NCBI GenBank assembly: GCA_015060885.1
Contig: SUXO01000003.1
Coordinates: 25,592-89,591, forward strand
Direction: 5' to 3'
DNA length: 64,000 nucleotides
From: Bacteroidales bacterium
Lineage (GTDB): Bacteria; Bacteroidota; Bacteroidia; Bacteroidales; Bacteroidaceae
Both the position numbers and the translations under genes were made by a program. Shown here in pieces: positions 27,662 to 37,721 of this stretch (the first letter of the stretch is position 1; each line of letters starts with the position of its first letter). The notes under the pieces were generated by a model. The model ran no database searches, was not told where the DNA came from, and worked only from the letters and a program-made list of their open reading frames with translations.

Positions 27662-28090
27662 TTACTCCTCAATCTCCACCTGTTCCACAGGAGTCACCTT
27701 TGCCGGCAACATATTCCCCTTGATGTAGAGCTTTACCATCTCTTTTTTTGTGTTGCAGTGTACTGTAATGCTCTTGCGCACATAACCGGGCGATTTGTTT
27801 GTGCCGTTGTATGTTACAAATATGGTATCGCTCTTGCCGGGCATCGTGGGAGCGGTGCTGAAACTGCGTTCGGTGCAACCGCACGATGTGAACACCTGGT
27901 GTATGTACAGGGGAGCCTCACCGGTGTTTGTGTAGACGAACCTGCACTTTACAATGGCCGAATCGGCAGGGAATGTGCCCATATCGTATGTTGTGGCATC
28001 GAACTCAATGTCGGCGAGCTTGCCGTCTTTCTGTGCAAAGCAGTTTGCGCAGAAGAGTGCAAGAAGCATTATAGATATTGTCTGTTTCAT
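27662..28090 (-). CDS. DUF1573-like secreted protein
   Basis: It has a signal peptide, then FDATTYDMGTF...FVYTNTGEAPLYIHQVFTSCGCT, the typical DUF1573 core. Confidence 0.7.
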   Translation of the reverse strand: MKQTISIMLLALFCANCFAQKDGKLADIEFDATTYDMGTFPADSAIVKCRFVYTNTGEAPLYIHQVFTSCGCTERSFSTAPTMPGKSDTIFVTYNGTNKSPGYVRKSITVHCNTKKEMVKLYIKGNMLPAKVTPVEQVEIEE

Positions 28091-28118
28091 TTTTATTGTC
28101 CGTTATGGTTTTATGCCG

Positions 28119-28126
28119 CGAAGATA
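28119..28126 (-). promoter_or_regulatory. -7 box TATCTTCG
   Basis: 29 nt upstream of the ATG at 28090. Confidence 0.5.
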
Positions 28127-28162
28127 GTGAATATTTCTCTACAATCCCGCAATATACGTTTT

Positions 28163-30373
28163 TTAACCTCTTTTTACCTGTTTTACACCCTTTACGCCTT
28201 CAATCTTGTCGATGAGCTTGCGCAGCTTGGCATTGTCGTCGATGAGCAGCGAGAGGGTACCCGAAAATAGCGTGTCGTGCGATTCGATGTTTATTCCGCG
28301 CATAATAACTCCCTTCTCCTGTGAAATTATAGAGGTTATGTTGTTTACAATACCTATGTCATCGTGTCCCACAACGCGCAGCATTACTGGGAAGAGGCTG
28401 CCGTTCTTGTCGATGTCGCTCCAACGTGCCTCAATTATACGATAGGGGTAACGCTCGCGCAACTGCGGGGCGTTGCTGCAATCCTTGCGGTGAATGGATA
28501 TTCCGCCACTGATGGTTACGAAACCGAATATCTCGTCGCCAAAGACAGGGTTGCAGCATTTCGACAGCTTGTAGTCGACACCTTTGAGGTTGCGCTCAAT
28601 GACAAGCACATCGCTCGAACGCCCTGCTTCAATGTCGTTGCTGTATGTGTAGCCGCCTGCGCTGTGTGTAACCTCGTTGCCTTCGTTCTGGGGTGTTGTG
28701 AGCTCCTGGTATCTTTTGATTACCTCGCCAATGTCAATGCCCCCTTCGGCCATACACTGGTAGAAGTCGGTGAGGCGTTTGAACCCCATTTTGCGTATGA
28801 GATGGTCCATCATACCCTCGTCATACTCAATCTTGTGGTTCTTGAACTTGCGTACAAGCATCTCGCGGGCAATGTCGGCCTGGCGGGCGGTAATTTCCTT
28901 CAATGCCTGGCGTATCTTTGACCGTGCGCGGCCTGTCTGGGCAATGGTGAGCCACGCCTGCTTGGGTGTCTGGCTGTTGCTTGTTATTATTTCAACCTGG
29001 TCGCCATTGTTGAGAACGTGGCGAATGGGCACGTTGCGCCCGTTGACAAGTGCGCCTGTGCATTTGCAGCCAAGCCCTGTGTGTATGCTGAATGCAAAGT
29101 CGAGTATGGTGGCCCCTTTGGGCAGACGGAAGAGGTCGCCACGCGGGGTGAAGATGAAAATCTCGTCTTTGTAGAGTTCCATCTTGAACTTGTTCTCGTT
29201 CACATCCTCCTCGCTCAGGTTCTGCAAGGTGTCGCGTATTGATGCGAGCAGGTTGTCGAGCCCCTTCTCGCTCTTTATGCCTTTGTATCGCCAGTGGGCG
29301 GCAAGTCCGTGTTCGGCAATGGTGTCCATTCTCTCGGTACGTATCTGCACCTCCACCCAGCGGCCTTCGGGGCCCATTACCGTGGTGTGCAGCGACTCGT
29401 ATCCATTGCTCTTGGGTACCGACAGCCAGTCGCGCAGACGGTGCGGGTTGGGGGTATACAGGTCGGCCACAATGGAATATACCTGCCAACATTCTCCTTT
29501 TTCGTTCTGCGGTTCGCTGTCAATTATTATGCGTATCGCAAAAAGGTCATATATCTGCTCAAAGGGGCGTTGCTGGCGTTTCATCTTCTGCCATATTGAG
29601 TTTATGGATTTTGTGCGCCCTTTAATGCGGTATTTGAGGTGGGGCAGTGCTTTGAGCCTTGTTTCTATGGGCTTTATGAACGAAGCAATGTAGTCCTCGC
29701 GCGATGCAGCAGTTTCTTCCACCTTGCGGCTCAGCTCGGCATATATGTCGCTCTCGGTGTATCGCATCGCAAGGTCCTCCATCTCCGATTTCAGCTTGTA
29801 GAAACCGAGCTTGTGGGCTAGCGGAATGTATAGTTTCGATGCTTCGGCAGCCACCTGTATACGTGCCTCTTTGTTGTCGTAATTGAAAAGACGGCGCAAC
29901 AATACCAAACGTGCTGCAATCATAATGAGTATTATGCGCATATCGTTGGTGAACGAGAGCAGCAGGTTGCGGAAATTCTCGCTCTCTATCGTTGGGCTCT
30001 TGGCATACAGGGAATTTATCTGCGTGAGGTTCGTGAGAATGTTGGTTACGCTCACACCGAATTTTGCCTTTATATCTTCAATGGCAGTGACTCCCTGCTG
30101 CACGCAACGGTTGAGCAGGATGCTTATTATTATTTCGCGGTGGTGCCCTATTTCCTGCCCCACGAGCGCTGCGGTCTGCAAATCTATTATGACGGGGTGG
30201 AAACCGAAACTGTCGCGTGCAATTTTGCCCTGTTCAAGCGCACGGCCTATTTCGGTTTTTATGAACCTGTAATCGGTGGGGAGCAACCCGCCTTCGATGT
30301 TCTTCCTTAACACGGCGTTCAGCTCAAAAATCTCTCTCTTTTCCTCCTGTGTAAAAATTTCGGTTCTCTCCAT
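28163..30373 (-). CDS. RelA/SpoT family bifunctional (p)ppGpp synthetase/hydrolase
   Basis: The 736-aa protein has HD, RelA_SpoT synthetase (ESLHTTV, RTERMD), TGS and ACT regions. Confidence 0.9.
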   Translation of the reverse strand: MERTEIFTQEEKREIFELNAVLRKNIEGGLLPTDYRFIKTEIGRALEQGKIARDSFGFHPVIIDLQTAALVGQEIGHHREIIISILLNRCVQQGVTAIEDIKAKFGVSVTNILTNLTQINSLYAKSPTIESENFRNLLLSFTNDMRIILIMIAARLVLLRRLFNYDNKEARIQVAAEASKLYIPLAHKLGFYKLKSEMEDLAMRYTESDIYAELSRKVEETAASREDYIASFIKPIETRLKALPHLKYRIKGRTKSINSIWQKMKRQQRPFEQIYDLFAIRIIIDSEPQNEKGECWQVYSIVADLYTPNPHRLRDWLSVPKSNGYESLHTTVMGPEGRWVEVQIRTERMDTIAEHGLAAHWRYKGIKSEKGLDNLLASIRDTLQNLSEEDVNENKFKMELYKDEIFIFTPRGDLFRLPKGATILDFAFSIHTGLGCKCTGALVNGRNVPIRHVLNNGDQVEIITSNSQTPKQAWLTIAQTGRARSKIRQALKEITARQADIAREMLVRKFKNHKIEYDEGMMDHLIRKMGFKRLTDFYQCMAEGGIDIGEVIKRYQELTTPQNEGNEVTHSAGGYTYSNDIEAGRSSDVLVIERNLKGVDYKLSKCCNPVFGDEIFGFVTISGGISIHRKDCSNAPQLRERYPYRIIEARWSDIDKNGSLFPVMLRVVGHDDIGIVNNITSIISQEKGVIMRGINIESHDTLFSGTLSLLIDDNAKLRKLIDKIEGVKGVKQVKRG

Positions 30374-30618
30374 AATAATTCTAGCCGTTTCTTATGCAAT
30401 AAAAAGCCTTTACGATGCTTTTCTATTGCGAAGATAATTTTTCATTTTCAAAAAAACGCATTTTCCTGATAAATATAGGAAATTATTTATATTTTTGCAA
30501 TAATCGGTGAAGAATGAGTGCGCTTGCGGTGAAAATTGTGGTTGAACCCCGTCGCTTTGCCGCCTTGTGTTTACTGCACAATAATGATTGAGATTGTAAC
30601 TCTTTAAACTTTATAGCT

Positions 30619-32133
30619 ATGATAAGTAAAGCAGACCAAGCATTTTTGGCGAAAAAAGGTATTTCGGCACAGCAGGTGGCCGAGCAGTTACAAACCTTCA
30701 AGACCGGCTTCCCCTTCTTGCCCATCGAGGCTGCGGCCACAATAGAGAAAGGTGTGATGGCACCCTCGCCGGCCGAGGTCGAGAGCTATCTTGCAGCGTG
30801 GGATGCCTATTGCGCCGCAGGGAACAATATATTGAAGTTTGTTCCGGCATCGGGCGCGGCAAGCCGTATGTTCAAGGACCTATTCGCATTTTTGAGCGCA
30901 TCGTACGATGTCCCCACTACCGATTTTGAAAAGAACTTCTTTGCAAACATAGAAAAGTTTGCATTCTTTGCCGACCTCGACGCTACTTGTATGAAGAACA
31001 AGGGCACAGGCATAAAGGAACTCATTGCTGCCGGCAATTATAAGGAGGTGGTGTTCAACCTTCTCGATTTTACCGGTATGAACTATGGCTCACTGCCCAA
31101 AGGCTTGCTCAAATTCCACAATTACGACAATGCTGCCCGCACTGCCGCCGAGGAACATTTCGTGGAGGGTGCGCTCTATGCTGCTACCGACGGCAAGGTG
31201 CAGTTGCACTTCACCGTGTCGCCCAACCACAAGGCACTATTCCAGGAACTTGTTGCCGAGCGTAAGGCTTATTACGAAGAACTCTTCGGTGTAAAGTACG
31301 ACATCAACTTCTCGGAGCAGAAACAGAGTACCGATACCATAGCCGTCGATGCCGACAACCAACCCTTCCGCGAGAACGGTGCCCTGGTGTTCCGTCCCGG
31401 TGGTCACGGCGCGCTCATAGAGAACCTCAACGACATTGATGCCGATATCATATTCATAAAGAACATCGACAACGTGGTTCCCGACCGTTTGAAACCCGAC
31501 ACCGTTACATACAAGAAACTGCTTGCCGGTATTCTCGTCGAGAAACAGAAACAGGCATTCGAATATCTGCGCATTATTGATAGCGGCAGCTACACACACG
31601 AGCAGGTTATGGAGATGGTGCGCTTTGTGCAGCAGGATCTTATGTGCCGCAATATGGAGATAAAGGACCTAGAAGATTGCGAACTTGTTCTCTACTTGCG
31701 CAAGAAACTCAATCGTCCTATGCGCGTGTGCGGTATGGTTAAGAACGTGGGTGAGCCCGGCGGTGGCCCGTTCCTTGCATACAACCAGGATGGAACCGTG
31801 TCGTTGCAGATATTGGAGAGCTCGCAGATTGATATGAACAATGCCGAATCGAAAGCAATGTTCGAGAACGGCACACACTTCAACCCTGTTGACCTCGTTT
31901 GCGCAGTCAAGGGCTACAAGGGCGATAAATTCAACCTTCCCGACTATGTGGACAAGAACACCGGTTTCATTTCTCACAAGTCGAAGAACGGCCGTGAGTT
32001 GAAGGCTATGGAGTTGCCCGGTTTGTGGAACGGTGCAATGAGTGACTGGAACACAATTTTTGTGGAGGTTCCTCTCGTTACCTTCAATCCTGTGAAGACT
32101 GTGAACGACCTCTTGCGCGACGTGCACCAGTAA
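30619..32133 (+). CDS. Conserved hypothetical protein (DUF4301-like, from memory)
   Basis: The 504-aa ORF has coding-like composition and KFVPASGAASRMFKDLF near the N-terminus. The function is unknown to me. Confidence 0.6.
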   Translation: MISKADQAFLAKKGISAQQVAEQLQTFKTGFPFLPIEAAATIEKGVMAPSPAEVESYLAAWDAYCAAGNNILKFVPASGAASRMFKDLFAFLSASYDVPTTDFEKNFFANIEKFAFFADLDATCMKNKGTGIKELIAAGNYKEVVFNLLDFTGMNYGSLPKGLLKFHNYDNAARTAAEEHFVEGALYAATDGKVQLHFTVSPNHKALFQELVAERKAYYEELFGVKYDINFSEQKQSTDTIAVDADNQPFRENGALVFRPGGHGALIENLNDIDADIIFIKNIDNVVPDRLKPDTVTYKKLLAGILVEKQKQAFEYLRIIDSGSYTHEQVMEMVRFVQQDLMCRNMEIKDLEDCELVLYLRKKLNRPMRVCGMVKNVGEPGGGPFLAYNQDGTVSLQILESSQIDMNNAESKAMFENGTHFNPVDLVCAVKGYKGDKFNLPDYVDKNTGFISHKSKNGRELKAMELPGLWNGAMSDWNTIFVEVPLVTFNPVKTVNDLLRDVHQ

Positions 32134-32268
32134 TGCTCTTGGTGCCGTTGCTTTGAAAAAGGAACGTTATAGATGTAAATAAGAAACTGAATTCCGGGGA
32201 ATGTTTTTTACCTTTGTCCCCAAAAAACCTGATGGTTTTATTAAGGTTTTTCATATTCTTATGTGGTT

Positions 32269-32300
32269 GGGGCTACACCGGGTGGGTGTAGCCCTTTTTT
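32269..32300 (+). terminator. Intrinsic terminator
   Basis: ggggctacac-cgggtgg-gtgtagccc followed by T6. Confidence 0.7.
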
Positions 32301-32340
32301 ATATTGGTCTGCAAAATAGGGGAGGGATATGGGCTCTGTC

Positions 32341-32813
32341 GCAAAAAGGTGTGGGCACTCACCATATACGATACTAGACATTCTTGCTTTTGACTTCTCG
32401 GTGTTATTTGTCGGTTATTCTCTCATTGGAAATATATCTTTGATGTTCTTTGTCGCGCAAAGAACCAAACGCTCGGCACGCGAGTAAAATCAGTCGCTCA
32501 CGCCTCGGCTCGTGAATTGTTGCACAATATAGCTCGTTCGTTCCTCGCTTGCCGCTGCAAGCCTATCTGTTGCCGACAGGGTGCTGCGCAACTCACTCCG
32601 TGCGGCTATACAGGATAATTTATACCCGCACTACGCTCACACAGTCTCGCACAATGGCCTGTCGTCAACAGGCCTTTCCGCTGTGATTTTAACGGTGCCG
32701 GTTCCTTTTTTGAGAATTACCATTGTAGGAGATAATTCGTTACACAAAGGGCTGAGTGAGGTGACACTACTTATTAAAAAATCAACTTGTCCACACTAAA
32801 TTTCTACTGAACC
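32341..32813. repeat. Mosaic non-coding element B (inverted relative to A; central part homologous to C and D)
   Basis: Its ends are reverse complements of the ends of A. The centre (caagcct.tctg..g....cagggtgctgcg.aactc.ctccgtgcggctata...gataa.ttatacccgcact.cgctca.acag..ctcgcacaatggcctg...) aligns with 49000-49160. Confidence 0.8.
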
Positions 32814-32820
32814 GGGATAT

Positions 32821-32900
32821 GCCGTAGGGGCAGACCGGTGTGTCTGCCCGAAGAAATCACCACGCAATAGTTGGGCGCACACACCGGTGCGCCCCTACAA
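32821..32900 (+). repeat. REP doublet (REPIN-like): a GTAG-palindrome plus an inverted palindrome-CTAC
   Basis: gccGTAG-gggcagac-cggtgt-gtctgccc ...33 nt... gggcgcac-acaccg-gtgcgccc-CTACaa. Confidence 0.7.
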
Positions 32901-33093
32901 TTGGTTGCCGTTTTAAACTCTCCCTCTTTTTTGTAATAAAGAGGGAGTACCCGCAGGGGGTAGGCGATAAAACAAATTGTTCCGTTGCATTCAATCGCTT
33001 TTTTATACTCCCTCCGAAATTTACTTGTAAATTTCTCGTCCCTCTATCAGAGTGACAGTTGTTCTTGTTGTTTTTGCGTTGCTTGGTGTTTCT

Positions 33094-33206
33094 GGGCGCA
33101 CACATCGGTGCGCCCCTACAATTTCATTGCTCTTTGTTTTGCTATTGCCGTAGGGGCAGACCGGTGTGTCTGCCCGAATAAAACACCACGCAATGGTTGG
33201 GCGCAG
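33094..33206 (+). repeat. Cluster of the same REP units (iREP, REP, truncated iREP)
   Basis: gggcgcacacatcggtgcgcccCTAC (33094-33119); gccGTAGgggcagaccggtgtgtctgccc (33147-33175); gggcgca cut off at 33205. Confidence 0.7.
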
Positions 33207-33207
33207 T

Positions 33208-33262
33208 AGCAAGAATGTGTAGTATCGTATATAGTGGGTCCCCACAGCTTTATGCTACTGCA
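33208..33262. repeat. Isolated copy of the A/B terminal module
   Basis: agcaagaatgtgtagtatcgtatatagtgggtccccacagctttatgctactg matches the right end of A (11930-12000). It is inverted relative to the left end of B (32341-32400). Confidence 0.7.
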
Positions 33263-33336
33263 CCTCCAAAATTACATATACAATTCTGTGTTGTCCTTTT
33301 TTACGGCAAAATTAGCGTAATGGGATAATTTGTCGC

Positions 33337-33344
33337 TATATTTG
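33337..33344 (+). promoter_or_regulatory. -7 box TATATTTG for the AraC gene
   Basis: 20 nt upstream of the ATG at 33364. Confidence 0.5.
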
Positions 33345-33363
33345 TTCCAAAAACAAGCAGTTT

Positions 33364-34215
33364 ATGATAGCTACAACCGATTACGACGATAAACACGTAT
33401 TTATAAAAAACGAGTTCGGCAATCTGTGGAAAGTACCTGTGCGTTGCAACCACCTTGTAATACTTTATCTCATTGAAGGAGAGATAAAATTTGAACTCAA
33501 TTACTCCAATTACAGTGCAAAGGGCTGCTCATTCGTTCTCTTTTCACCCCTCGACATTGTGGTTATGAAGGAGTATAGCCGCGATGCCAAAACACAGTTG
33601 CTGGTGTTGCCAATGTCCTTGATATCATCGACCAACAAACTGTTTAACTTCGATTTCGATTTTTACGACAAACTAAAATCACACCCCGTAACGCAGCTTT
33701 TCGGCAATGAACAGGATGTCGCCGGCAAGCTTTTTGAAACACTCACGATGATTAACGGGGCATTTGAGTACAAGGAGTTCGAGGAGTCGGCACTGTCGGT
33801 AGCCAATATAGTGTTCCAGTTATATATAAGCCACTTCAAGAAGTATGGCACTTATTATGGAACAAAGGCATACGAGTCGAGAAAGATGTCGTTGTTCAAG
33901 AAGTTCGTGCGTGGGCTGGTGGCTGCAAGCAACAAGTCGCGCGAGGTGCTCTTTTATGCCAACGAGCTTGGTGTTAGCAGCGGCTATCTCAATGAGGTGT
34001 GCAACGAGGTTTCAAACTATTCGGCCAAGGAGATTATTGACACGGCTGTGGTGTCGCGCCTTAAATATGAGCTCTCCTATACCGACAAATCCATTCAGGA
34101 ACTTGCCGATGAATACAATTTCCCCAGCCAGAGTTATTTGAGCCGTTACTACAAAAGAATGACCGGTATGTCGCCAAGCGAGTTCCGCCGCAACAGAGAT
34201 AAAGAGGTGTTGTGA
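33364..34215 (+). CDS. AraC family transcriptional regulator
   Basis: The C-terminal HTH_18 pattern is YANELGVSSGYLNEVC...FPSQSYLSRYYKRMTGMSPSEFR. Confidence 0.85.
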   Translation: MIATTDYDDKHVFIKNEFGNLWKVPVRCNHLVILYLIEGEIKFELNYSNYSAKGCSFVLFSPLDIVVMKEYSRDAKTQLLVLPMSLISSTNKLFNFDFDFYDKLKSHPVTQLFGNEQDVAGKLFETLTMINGAFEYKEFEESALSVANIVFQLYISHFKKYGTYYGTKAYESRKMSLFKKFVRGLVAASNKSREVLFYANELGVSSGYLNEVCNEVSNYSAKEIIDTAVVSRLKYELSYTDKSIQELADEYNFPSQSYLSRYYKRMTGMSPSEFRRNRDKEVL

Positions 34216-34228
34216 ATTAGGGTGGGGT

Positions 34229-34276
34229 GATACAATAAACCTGTTTCCTTTCGAAAGGAAACAGGTTTATTGTATC
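34229..34276. terminator. Bidirectional terminator
   Basis: gatacaataaacctgtttcc-tttcgaaa-ggaaacaggtttattgtatc has a 20-bp stem. Confidence 0.8.
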
Positions 34277-34361
34277 TGGTATTTTGTTTATTCGCCTCGC
34301 AGAATTATATCCACAAGTGCTGTTATGTAATTACCCCCCCGTTTTGTTAAACAATGTTAAA

Positions 34362-34877
34362 TCACTTTTTATACCACGAGGCGTACATAATGTAGTCGTT
34401 GGCTATGCGCTCCACAATATCCTTCTGTTGTTCTCGGCTCACCTCCTTTATCTTTTTTGCAGGCACGCCGGCATATATCCAGCCGCCTTCGACACGCATA
34501 CCCGATGTTACAAGGGCATTGGCCGCTACAATGGCTCCGCTTTCGACCACAGCATTGTCGAGCACCGTCGCTCCCATACCAATAAGGCAGTTGTCCTCAA
34601 TGGTCGCGCCGTGTATTGTGGCGTTGTGTCCTATGGATACGTTGTTGCCAATGGTGCTTTTTGAACGCTGGTAGAGGGTGTGTACCACGGCTCCGTCCTG
34701 TATGTTCACGTTGTTGCCAATGGTTATGGTGTTGACATCGCCACGCAGCACGGTCCCATACCAAATGGAGCAGTTGTCGCCCATTGTTACGTCACCTATG
34801 ATTGCAGCCGTTTCGGCAAGAAAACAGTTCTTGCCCATCTTGGGAGTTGTTCCGTTTAGTGTTTTTATTATTGCCAT
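34362..34877 (-). CDS. Gamma-carbonic-anhydrase-like / left-handed beta-helix (hexapeptide) protein
   Basis: It has hexapeptide repeats, the NCSIWYGTVLRGDVN pattern, and is 171 aa long. Confidence 0.8.
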   Translation of the reverse strand: MAIIKTLNGTTPKMGKNCFLAETAAIIGDVTMGDNCSIWYGTVLRGDVNTITIGNNVNIQDGAVVHTLYQRSKSTIGNNVSIGHNATIHGATIEDNCLIGMGATVLDNAVVESGAIVAANALVTSGMRVEGGWIYAGVPAKKIKEVSREQQKDIVERIANDYIMYASWYKK

Positions 34878-35416
34878 ATTTCTTGTTCTTTATAATTGTA
34901 GATGTTGCTGTATATCGCTTTTTTTGCTTTTTCGTAGTTCTCCCTGCTGCACTCCTGGCCGCTGAACATAAGGAGCATTGGCAGAGTGTTGCCTCCCTTG
35001 CGGTAGGGCGGTTGGGTGTATGGTATTGCGCACAGGCTGAACCCTGCCCGGCGGTAGAAACCTATGCGGCGTGTGGTTGTTTCGTCTGTGGGTTCCTCCA
35101 CCTCCAATACAATGTTTTCCGCAACCTTCTGTATCTCCTCGATTATTGCTTTGCCGTGTCCTTTGCCGCGAACGGAGGGGAGGGTGGCAAGGTGTTCAAT
35201 GTAACACATTTCGCCCAGTTCCCAATAGCTAACAAAGCCTACGGGTGCGTTATTGTGACAGGCGAGCATAAGGTGAAAGTTCTCCTTTAAGGCAACGTTG
35301 GCACGTTGCTCGTCCAGGTCGCGGTATTCGTCACGGGGGAATGTGGCAGTGAGCAGCTCCTCGGTGAAACGGTAGGCTTCGCTGTCGGGGGCGGTTATGC
35401 GTGTGAGGGTTATCAT
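34868..35416 (-). CDS. GNAT family N-acetyltransferase
   Basis: HLATLPSVRGKGHGKAII is the acetyl-CoA binding motif A. Its stop overlaps the start of the downstream gene by 10 nt. Confidence 0.8.
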   Translation of the reverse strand: MITLTRITAPDSEAYRFTEELLTATFPRDEYRDLDEQRANVALKENFHLMLACHNNAPVGFVSYWELGEMCYIEHLATLPSVRGKGHGKAIIEEIQKVAENIVLEVEEPTDETTTRRIGFYRRAGFSLCAIPYTQPPYRKGGNTLPMLLMFSGQECSRENYEKAKKAIYSNIYNYKEQEIWQ

Positions 35417-35437
35417 CGGTTGCTTGTTGTTTTTTTG

Positions 35438-35445
35438 CGAAGATA
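35438..35445 (-). promoter_or_regulatory. -7 box TATCTTCG
   Basis: 22 nt upstream of the ATG at 35416. Confidence 0.5.
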
Positions 35446-35504
35446 GTAAAAAAAGACCGACGGATGGATACTCGCCGGTCTTTTTCGTGTGTATGCTCTG
35501 TTTT

Positions 35505-37553
35505 TTATTTCATCATTTCGATGCTGCGCTTAACGAACTTGTCGAGTGCCTCACCTGTGAGCATATTGTTCTGCAACAGGGTTATGTCGATAAGCTGGCA
35601 CACTGTGCTGTTGCCTGCTGCATATTTGGCTAGGATTGCCTCTTTGTCGCTCTTGGCTGCGGTAATCTCTTTCTCCACCTGTGCGAGTTCGTCTTTCTCG
35701 CTCTGGGGAACTTCGTCATCCTTTTTGTCTTTACGTGCGTCGTAAAGGGCCTTGCGTCGGCTTTCGAGTCCGGCGGCCTTTTCGTCAATGGGGCGCAACT
35801 CGTCGGCGCAGCTTGCTTCGGCTTCGCCAAGCACACGTTTTATGATGGGGTGTTCCTCGTTAATGAGAATGTTGTACATATCGGGCATATCGCCATAGAA
35901 CGACATTCCGGCCTGTATGGCTGCTATCTCTTTCATACGGCGCATATATTCGGCCTGGGTTATCATTACTGGTGCTCCGTTCTCGCCCATTGCCTGTGCC
36001 TGTACATAGAACTCTTTTTTCTCCATTGTGGGTATCTGGCTCTGGAAAATGCCGGTAAGCACCTCGCGCTCGTTCTCGCTCAAAGTGGATGCCTTGTGCT
36101 CCTCTTTGGCAATGAGGTTGTCAATGGTGTCGCTGTCGACGCGTGTGAAGCGGCATTTCTCAAACTTGCGTTCGAGCAGGCTTATGAGGGCAATGTCAAG
36201 CTGTCCGTCCATCGAGAGCACGTTGTAGCCTCTGTTCTTTGCATTCTCAATGAAGCTGTACTCTTTGTTCTTGTCGTTTGAGTAGAGGTATATGATGTTG
36301 CCATCCTTGTCGGTCTGCTCACCTTCGATGAGGCTCTTGTACTCCTCGTAGGTGTACTTTTTGCCGTCGGTGTCCTGCAAGAGTGCAAATTTGCTTGCCT
36401 TGTCATAGAAGTCCTCCTCGGTGAGCATACCGTAGTGGATGAATATTTTAAGGTCGTTCCACTTCTCTTCGAATTGCGGGCGGTCGCTCTTGAAGATGGA
36501 TTGCAGGCGGTCCGATACCTTCTTCGATATATAAGAGGATATCTTCTTCACGTTTGAATCGCTTTGGAGATACGAACGTGATACGTTCAGCGGGATGTCG
36601 GGCGAGTCAATGACTCCGTGCATAAGTGTGAGGAAGTCGGGTACAATGCCTTCGACCTCGTCGGTGACATACACCTGGTTGCAGAAGAGCTGTATCTTGT
36701 TTTTTTGCAGTTCGAGGTTGCTCTTTATCTTGGGGAAGTAGAGCACGCCTGTGAGGTGGAAGGGGAAGTCGACGTTGAGGTGTATCCAGAAGAGGGGCTC
36801 GTCGCTCATGGGGTAGAGCTTGCGGTAGAACTCTTTGTAGTCCTCGTCTTTCAGTTCGGCGGGCTTGCGGGTCCACAACGGGGTGGTATCGTTTATCACG
36901 TTGTCCTCGTCGGTTTCAACCTGCTTGCCGTCCTTCCACTCCTTTTTCTTGCCGAATGCTATCTCAACAGGGAGGAAACGGCAATACTTGTTGAGTATGC
37001 CTGCTATGCGGCTCTCTTCGAGGAACTCCTTGCTCTCCTCGTCGATGTGCATAATGATGTCGGTTCCACGGCTCTCCTTGTCGTACTCTTCGAGTGTGTA
37101 TTCGGGGCTGCCGTCGCAGCTCCATTTAACGGCCTGTGCGCCCTCTTTGTATGACTTTGTTATGATTTCGACCTTCTTCGATACCATAAATGCCGAATAG
37201 AAGCCAAGACCGAAGTGTCCTATTATGGAATTTGCGCTGTCCTTGTATTTTTCAAGGAAGTCGGTTGCGCCCGAGAGTGCTATCTGGTTGATGTATTTTT
37301 CAATCTCCTCGGCGGTGAGTCCTATACCGTTGTCGCTCACCGTGATGGTGTCTTTGCCCAGTGTTACTCTCACACGAAGGGTGCCGAGCTCGCCTTTGTA
37401 CTCTCCCTTTTCGTAAAGGGTTTTAAGTTTCTGTGATGCATCTATCGCGTTTGAAACTATTTCGCGCAGAAATATTTCGTGGTCGCTGTATAGAAATTTC
37501 TTGATTACGGGGAAAATGTTTTCGGTTGTTACCCCAATGTTTCCTTTTTGCAT
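35505..37553 (-). CDS. htpG: Molecular chaperone HtpG (Hsp90)
   Basis: LREIVSNAIDASQKL, IGHFGLGFYSAFMV and a length of 682 aa. Confidence 0.95.
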   Translation of the reverse strand: MQKGNIGVTTENIFPVIKKFLYSDHEIFLREIVSNAIDASQKLKTLYEKGEYKGELGTLRVRVTLGKDTITVSDNGIGLTAEEIEKYINQIALSGATDFLEKYKDSANSIIGHFGLGFYSAFMVSKKVEIITKSYKEGAQAVKWSCDGSPEYTLEEYDKESRGTDIIMHIDEESKEFLEESRIAGILNKYCRFLPVEIAFGKKKEWKDGKQVETDEDNVINDTTPLWTRKPAELKDEDYKEFYRKLYPMSDEPLFWIHLNVDFPFHLTGVLYFPKIKSNLELQKNKIQLFCNQVYVTDEVEGIVPDFLTLMHGVIDSPDIPLNVSRSYLQSDSNVKKISSYISKKVSDRLQSIFKSDRPQFEEKWNDLKIFIHYGMLTEEDFYDKASKFALLQDTDGKKYTYEEYKSLIEGEQTDKDGNIIYLYSNDKNKEYSFIENAKNRGYNVLSMDGQLDIALISLLERKFEKCRFTRVDSDTIDNLIAKEEHKASTLSENEREVLTGIFQSQIPTMEKKEFYVQAQAMGENGAPVMITQAEYMRRMKEIAAIQAGMSFYGDMPDMYNILINEEHPIIKRVLGEAEASCADELRPIDEKAAGLESRRKALYDARKDKKDDEVPQSEKDELAQVEKEITAAKSDKEAILAKYAAGNSTVCQLIDITLLQNNMLTGEALDKFVKRSIEMMK

Positions 37554-37721
37554 ATTGTTGTATTTTTTAGTTAATCAAATTTTTCTCTCTGTACGCGGGC
37601 TGTGCGTGTACATTACATAATGAACAAATAGAGTGCCACGTTTGTTGTTACTGCCAAAATGACAGACAACGCCCTGCTGCTTTGGCAGTGGGCGTTGTCA
37701 TTTATCTGTCGTAACGGCAAT

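Noticed and set aside
32202-32375. A 57-codon ORF between the DUF4301-like gene and element B.
   Set aside because: It runs through an intrinsic terminator hairpin and into the repeat element. Its composition is not coding-like.
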